From an uncultured archaeon (GTDB taxonomy: Archaea > Asgardarchaeota > Lokiarchaeia > Sigyniarchaeales > SOKP01): a DNA stretch of 17,560 nt. The translations under genes and the position numbers were made by a program. Every line of letters begins with the position of its first letter. The stretch's first letter is position 1. The DNA is taken from the NCBI GenBank assembly GCA_964508365.1, contig CAZDTP010000068.1, positions 1 to 17,560 on the forward strand, written 5' to 3'. Shown here piece by piece: positions 14,355-17,560 of the stretch. The notes under the pieces were generated by a model. That model was not told the DNA's origin and searched no databases. It worked only from the letters and a program-made list of their open reading frames with translations.

Positions 14355-17300
14355 ATGAAATTTGTTAATAAACTAGAATTAATTTTTATCCCCTCATCCT
14401 ATTGGAATGAGCCCCTAAGTGGATTTAAATTAAGTTTTAAAGGACCCGATTTACCTGCAGATTCTAACTTCTTTATTTTATGGATTCCTTCAAATATTTC
14501 AGAAGAGTTCCTTTCGAAGCAAATAGCAGAAATCTTTCCAAGTATACCTGTTGAAAAACTTCTTAGTTGTAAAATAAACTTAGCAATTCCTCCATCAATA
14601 ACTATACATGATTCTCAACAAAAAATTTCACCAAATTATTATGAGATATCGTCATGCATTGGAAAGATCATACCTATTGGACCTGCTGTAAAGTTACTTT
14701 TCCAAATGGAAATTATAGATAATTTGGATCGTGGTATAACGCATTATAGCAATTCAATTAAGACATGGTCTTTTTTAACAAAAGTAGTGTTCGAATTATT
14801 GAATAAAGGGCAGTTCATTCCAAGCTTGGAAACCAACAAAAATAAAGAGTATACCGGTAAGTGGAAATTATTACTAAAATCTCAAAATGATAAAGATCGC
14901 CTTCAAACAATATTAAAAAGAGCATCTTGGTCTTCTTTTTGTATACCCGTCAATTTCATTCAAAGTAATGGAAGATATAAAACTAATGGATTATGGCATC
15001 CATCCTATTTATTTTCATTCTTTATAGACACTATTGGAGATTATCTTATACGATCGACGCTAAATAAAATGAAATTCCGTACTTTTAACGAATTTTACAG
15101 TAAAGAATTAAAAAAAGAAAGTAGCCCCGATTATAGACCAAGTTGGGATTATAAATTCCTTAAATCCCTCATTACGAAGGATTCGAATTTTACCATACAA
15201 TCATTTCACGAAACTATTTTACCAATTTTGATTAAAAATTGGACTCAATCTGCGAGAGGATTTACATTAAAACATGGTTTTGTATTCAATTTAGAGTTAA
15301 GATATCCAAAAACTCCAAAGAGTGATTGGCCGTTAGTTTTTTATGTTTCCTTTCAAGATGGAGCACAAAATATTCCTTTACACGATCTATGGGAAGAAAA
15401 AAACCAAAAGAAACTAGAAAATCTAAAAATGATTGAAAATAAAGGAGAATTTTTAGAGATAATTTTAAGAGCTTTTGGTACAGCTTCAAAAATATTCCCC
15501 CCGATAAAAAGAGCTTTATTAGAAAACCTTCAAGATGAAATTACGCTCACTTCATCTGAAGTTATTGATTATCTAAAATATCCAAAAGATTTATTAATAC
15601 AAAGTGGATTTAACGTCATTCTCCCGGAGGTCTTTAGAAGAGATGGAAAACAAAGGCTATCAGCTAAACTAATCATTCGTTCAAAGAGTAGTATTAAGAC
15701 AAAAGAAGGCGTTTTCCAAAGTTTGCCTTCAATTTTCGATGTTCAATCTATGCTTGATTTCAAATGGGAAGCAACAATCGAAGGAAAAAAGATTTCGGAT
15801 GAAGAGTTTAAAAAATTAATCAATTCAGAAGAATCTTTAATTAATATGGAGGGAAAATGGATTTTAGTAGATCAAGAATCAATAGCTGATTTTAAACAAT
15901 CAAAAATTCCTGATTTTGAAAATTATATGGATGTTCTTAAAGTTGGTTTACTCGGGAAATTACAGCTACAAGAAAACGGTTCTGAATACGATGTAATAAT
16001 CGAAGGGGATTTCAATGACATAATCAGTAAATTACAATCAGTAACGTCTTTTGAAGATATACCATGTCCAGCATCATTTAATGGTACCTTAAGAAATTAT
16101 CAACAAGAAGCTCTAACATGGATGGGAAACATGACAAAATTCAATTTTGGATTATGCTTAGCGGATGATATGGGTCTTGGAAAAACAATTCAGGTGATCG
16201 CATTTCTATGTTATCTTAAAAAAAATTATCCTGAAAAGCCAGGAAGCATAATTATTGTATGTCCGACATCAATTTTATTTAACTGGCATCGAGAAATAAA
16301 GAAGTTTGCTCCCGATTTAGAAGTAATGCTCCATTATGGACCCTCTCGGATTACAGATGCATCAGACATTCCAGAACTCCTTAAACCACACAAAATTATC
16401 CTTACATCTTATGGAACACTTAGAAATGATATTGATTTATTAGAATCCATTAATTTTAGTGGAATTGTCGTTGATGAAAGTCAAAATATAAAAAACTATG
16501 CTTCACATCAGACTAAAGCAATAAATAAACTTAAAGGACAATTTAAAATTTGTTTGAGTGGGACTCCAATTGAGAATCGCTTGCTCGAATTATGGTCACT
16601 TTTTAATTTCTTAAATATTGGTCTTTTAGGGAAGAGAAAGGAGTTTCAAAACAAATTTATCATCCCAATAGAGCGTTTTCAAAATCAAGATGTTATTGAG
16701 AAATTAAGATTAATTATCGCACCATTCATCTTGCGGCGTGTAAAATCTGATAAAACTGTTATTAAAGATCTACCCGATAAAAATGAAATGAAAATTATCA
16801 TCGATTTGACCGAAACGCAAATCAAATTATACAAAGAACTTGTAGAGGATACTCTGAAAGAAATTAATAATATTTCTTCAGATCTGAGAAAGAAAAGGGG
16901 AACAATCTTAGCTCTATTAGTTAAACTAAAACAGATTTGTAATCATCCTTCTCAATACCTGAAACTTGATATGGAAACATTAGAATTAGATAACAACTTA
17001 CAGGATTTCATAGCTCAATCACAAAAGCTAGAACGGTTGATTGAAATGACTGACGAAGTCCTTTTAAACGGAGAAAAGATCTTAATATTTACGCAATTTA
17101 CGCAAATGGGAGATATTCTAAAAAAAGTTCTTGAACAGTATTACAATTTTGAAATACTTTATTTCCACGGAGGGGTACAAGAAAGCAAAAGAAGGGAAAT
17201 TGTTGATCAGTTTCAATCAAGTGATTTAGAAAGTCCTCCAATTTTAGTTTTATCATTAAGAGCCGGAGGGACAGGTCTAAATCTTACTCAAGGAACAACG

Positions 17301-17552
17301 GTTATACATATCGATAGGTGGTGGAATCCAGCCGTAGAAGACCAAGCAACAGATAGAGCTTATCGAATTGGTCAAAAATCAGTTGTAAATGTATATAAAT
17401 TTATTACAAAAGGAACAATCGAAGAGAAAATCGACGATCTATTGGAAGAAAAGCGTGAATTAGCTGAAAAGATAGTAGCATCTACAGGAGAATCCTGGAT
17501 TTCAAATTTAGATGATGATAAATTAAGGAACTTGTTAAATTTAGGTGATTAA
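14355..17552 (+). CDS. SNF2/SWI2-family ATPase, prokaryotic type with a long N-terminal region and a DUF3670-like helicase-associated segment
   Basis: LADDMGLGKT (I), VCPTSILFNW (Ia), VVDESQNIKN (II), LSGTPIEN (III), LIFTQF (IV), LSLRAGGTGLNLT (V) and WWNPAVEDQATDRAYRIGQ (VI). Confidence 0.95.
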   Translation: MKFVNKLELIFIPSSYWNEPLSGFKLSFKGPDLPADSNFFILWIPSNISEEFLSKQIAEIFPSIPVEKLLSCKINLAIPPSITIHDSQQKISPNYYEISSCIGKIIPIGPAVKLLFQMEIIDNLDRGITHYSNSIKTWSFLTKVVFELLNKGQFIPSLETNKNKEYTGKWKLLLKSQNDKDRLQTILKRASWSSFCIPVNFIQSNGRYKTNGLWHPSYLFSFFIDTIGDYLIRSTLNKMKFRTFNEFYSKELKKESSPDYRPSWDYKFLKSLITKDSNFTIQSFHETILPILIKNWTQSARGFTLKHGFVFNLELRYPKTPKSDWPLVFYVSFQDGAQNIPLHDLWEEKNQKKLENLKMIENKGEFLEIILRAFGTASKIFPPIKRALLENLQDEITLTSSEVIDYLKYPKDLLIQSGFNVILPEVFRRDGKQRLSAKLIIRSKSSIKTKEGVFQSLPSIFDVQSMLDFKWEATIEGKKISDEEFKKLINSEESLINMEGKWILVDQESIADFKQSKIPDFENYMDVLKVGLLGKLQLQENGSEYDVIIEGDFNDIISKLQSVTSFEDIPCPASFNGTLRNYQQEALTWMGNMTKFNFGLCLADDMGLGKTIQVIAFLCYLKKNYPEKPGSIIIVCPTSILFNWHREIKKFAPDLEVMLHYGPSRITDASDIPELLKPHKIILTSYGTLRNDIDLLESINFSGIVVDESQNIKNYASHQTKAINKLKGQFKICLSGTPIENRLLELWSLFNFLNIGLLGKRKEFQNKFIIPIERFQNQDVIEKLRLIIAPFILRRVKSDKTVIKDLPDKNEMKIIIDLTETQIKLYKELVEDTLKEINNISSDLRKKRGTILALLVKLKQICNHPSQYLKLDMETLELDNNLQDFIAQSQKLERLIEMTDEVLLNGEKILIFTQFTQMGDILKKVLEQYYNFEILYFHGGVQESKRREIVDQFQSSDLESPPILVLSLRAGGTGLNLTQGTTVIHIDRWWNPAVEDQATDRAYRIGQKSVVNVYKFITKGTIEEKIDDLLEEKRELAEKIVASTGESWISNLDDDKLRNLLNLGD

Positions 17553-17560
17553 AAAAATGG
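17543..17560 (+). promoter_or_regulatory. RBS AGGTGAT inside the SNF2 3' end plus ATG at 17557: start of a coupled downstream gene cut by the window edge
   Basis: The sequence reads ttAGGTGAT TAA aaaa ATGg; the RBS ends 7 nt before the ATG. Confidence 0.6.

Noticed and set aside
11891-15489. ORFs 11891-12100 (+), 13027-13218 (-) and 15286-15489 (-)
   Set aside because: Each overlaps a well-supported gene on the opposite strand and lacks coding features.
1-17560. tRNA/rRNA genes, CRISPR arrays, IS elements, integrases, terminal inverted repeats
   Set aside because: None seen by eye: no GC-rich structured segments, regularly spaced repeats, or DDE/tyrosine-recombinase motifs. A tRNAscan/Infernal/ISEScan run would confirm.

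Overview
AT-rich archaeal-type window. GGTGA/GAGGT ribosome-binding sites, poly-T terminators, an SCP2/archaeal-type thiolase, a longin/uDENN-like protein and a glycosylated beta-propeller together suggest an Asgard (Lokiarchaeia-like) genome; this is inference. There are 12 well-supported CDSs, in order: MBL-fold hydrolase, 167-aa membrane protein, membrane-anchored beta-propeller, 112-aa hypothetical, Old Yellow Enzyme, TPR protein with 46-aa repeats, thiolase, catalytically dead HMG-CoA-synthase-like/DUF35 fusion, GNAT, uDENN-like/Ig-like protein, mandelate-racemase-subgroup enzyme and FkbM methyltransferase. A SNF2 ATPase brings the total to 13, and there is one doubtful small ORF. No tRNA, rRNA, CRISPR array, transposase or integrase was seen. 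Three signals stand out. (1) An unannotated 63-nt relic of a thiolase 3' end lies at 1301-1363, on the same strand as the intact thiolase and 6.3 kb downstream of it, bracketing a block of accessory genes like a displaced att-type fragment. (2) A two-gene operon pairs a pseudo-HMGS/Zn-ribbon/OB fusion with a thiolase (PhlABC-like architecture). (3) A 343-aa protein matches DENND6/AVL9-type uDENN motifs and is fused to an Ig-like domain.
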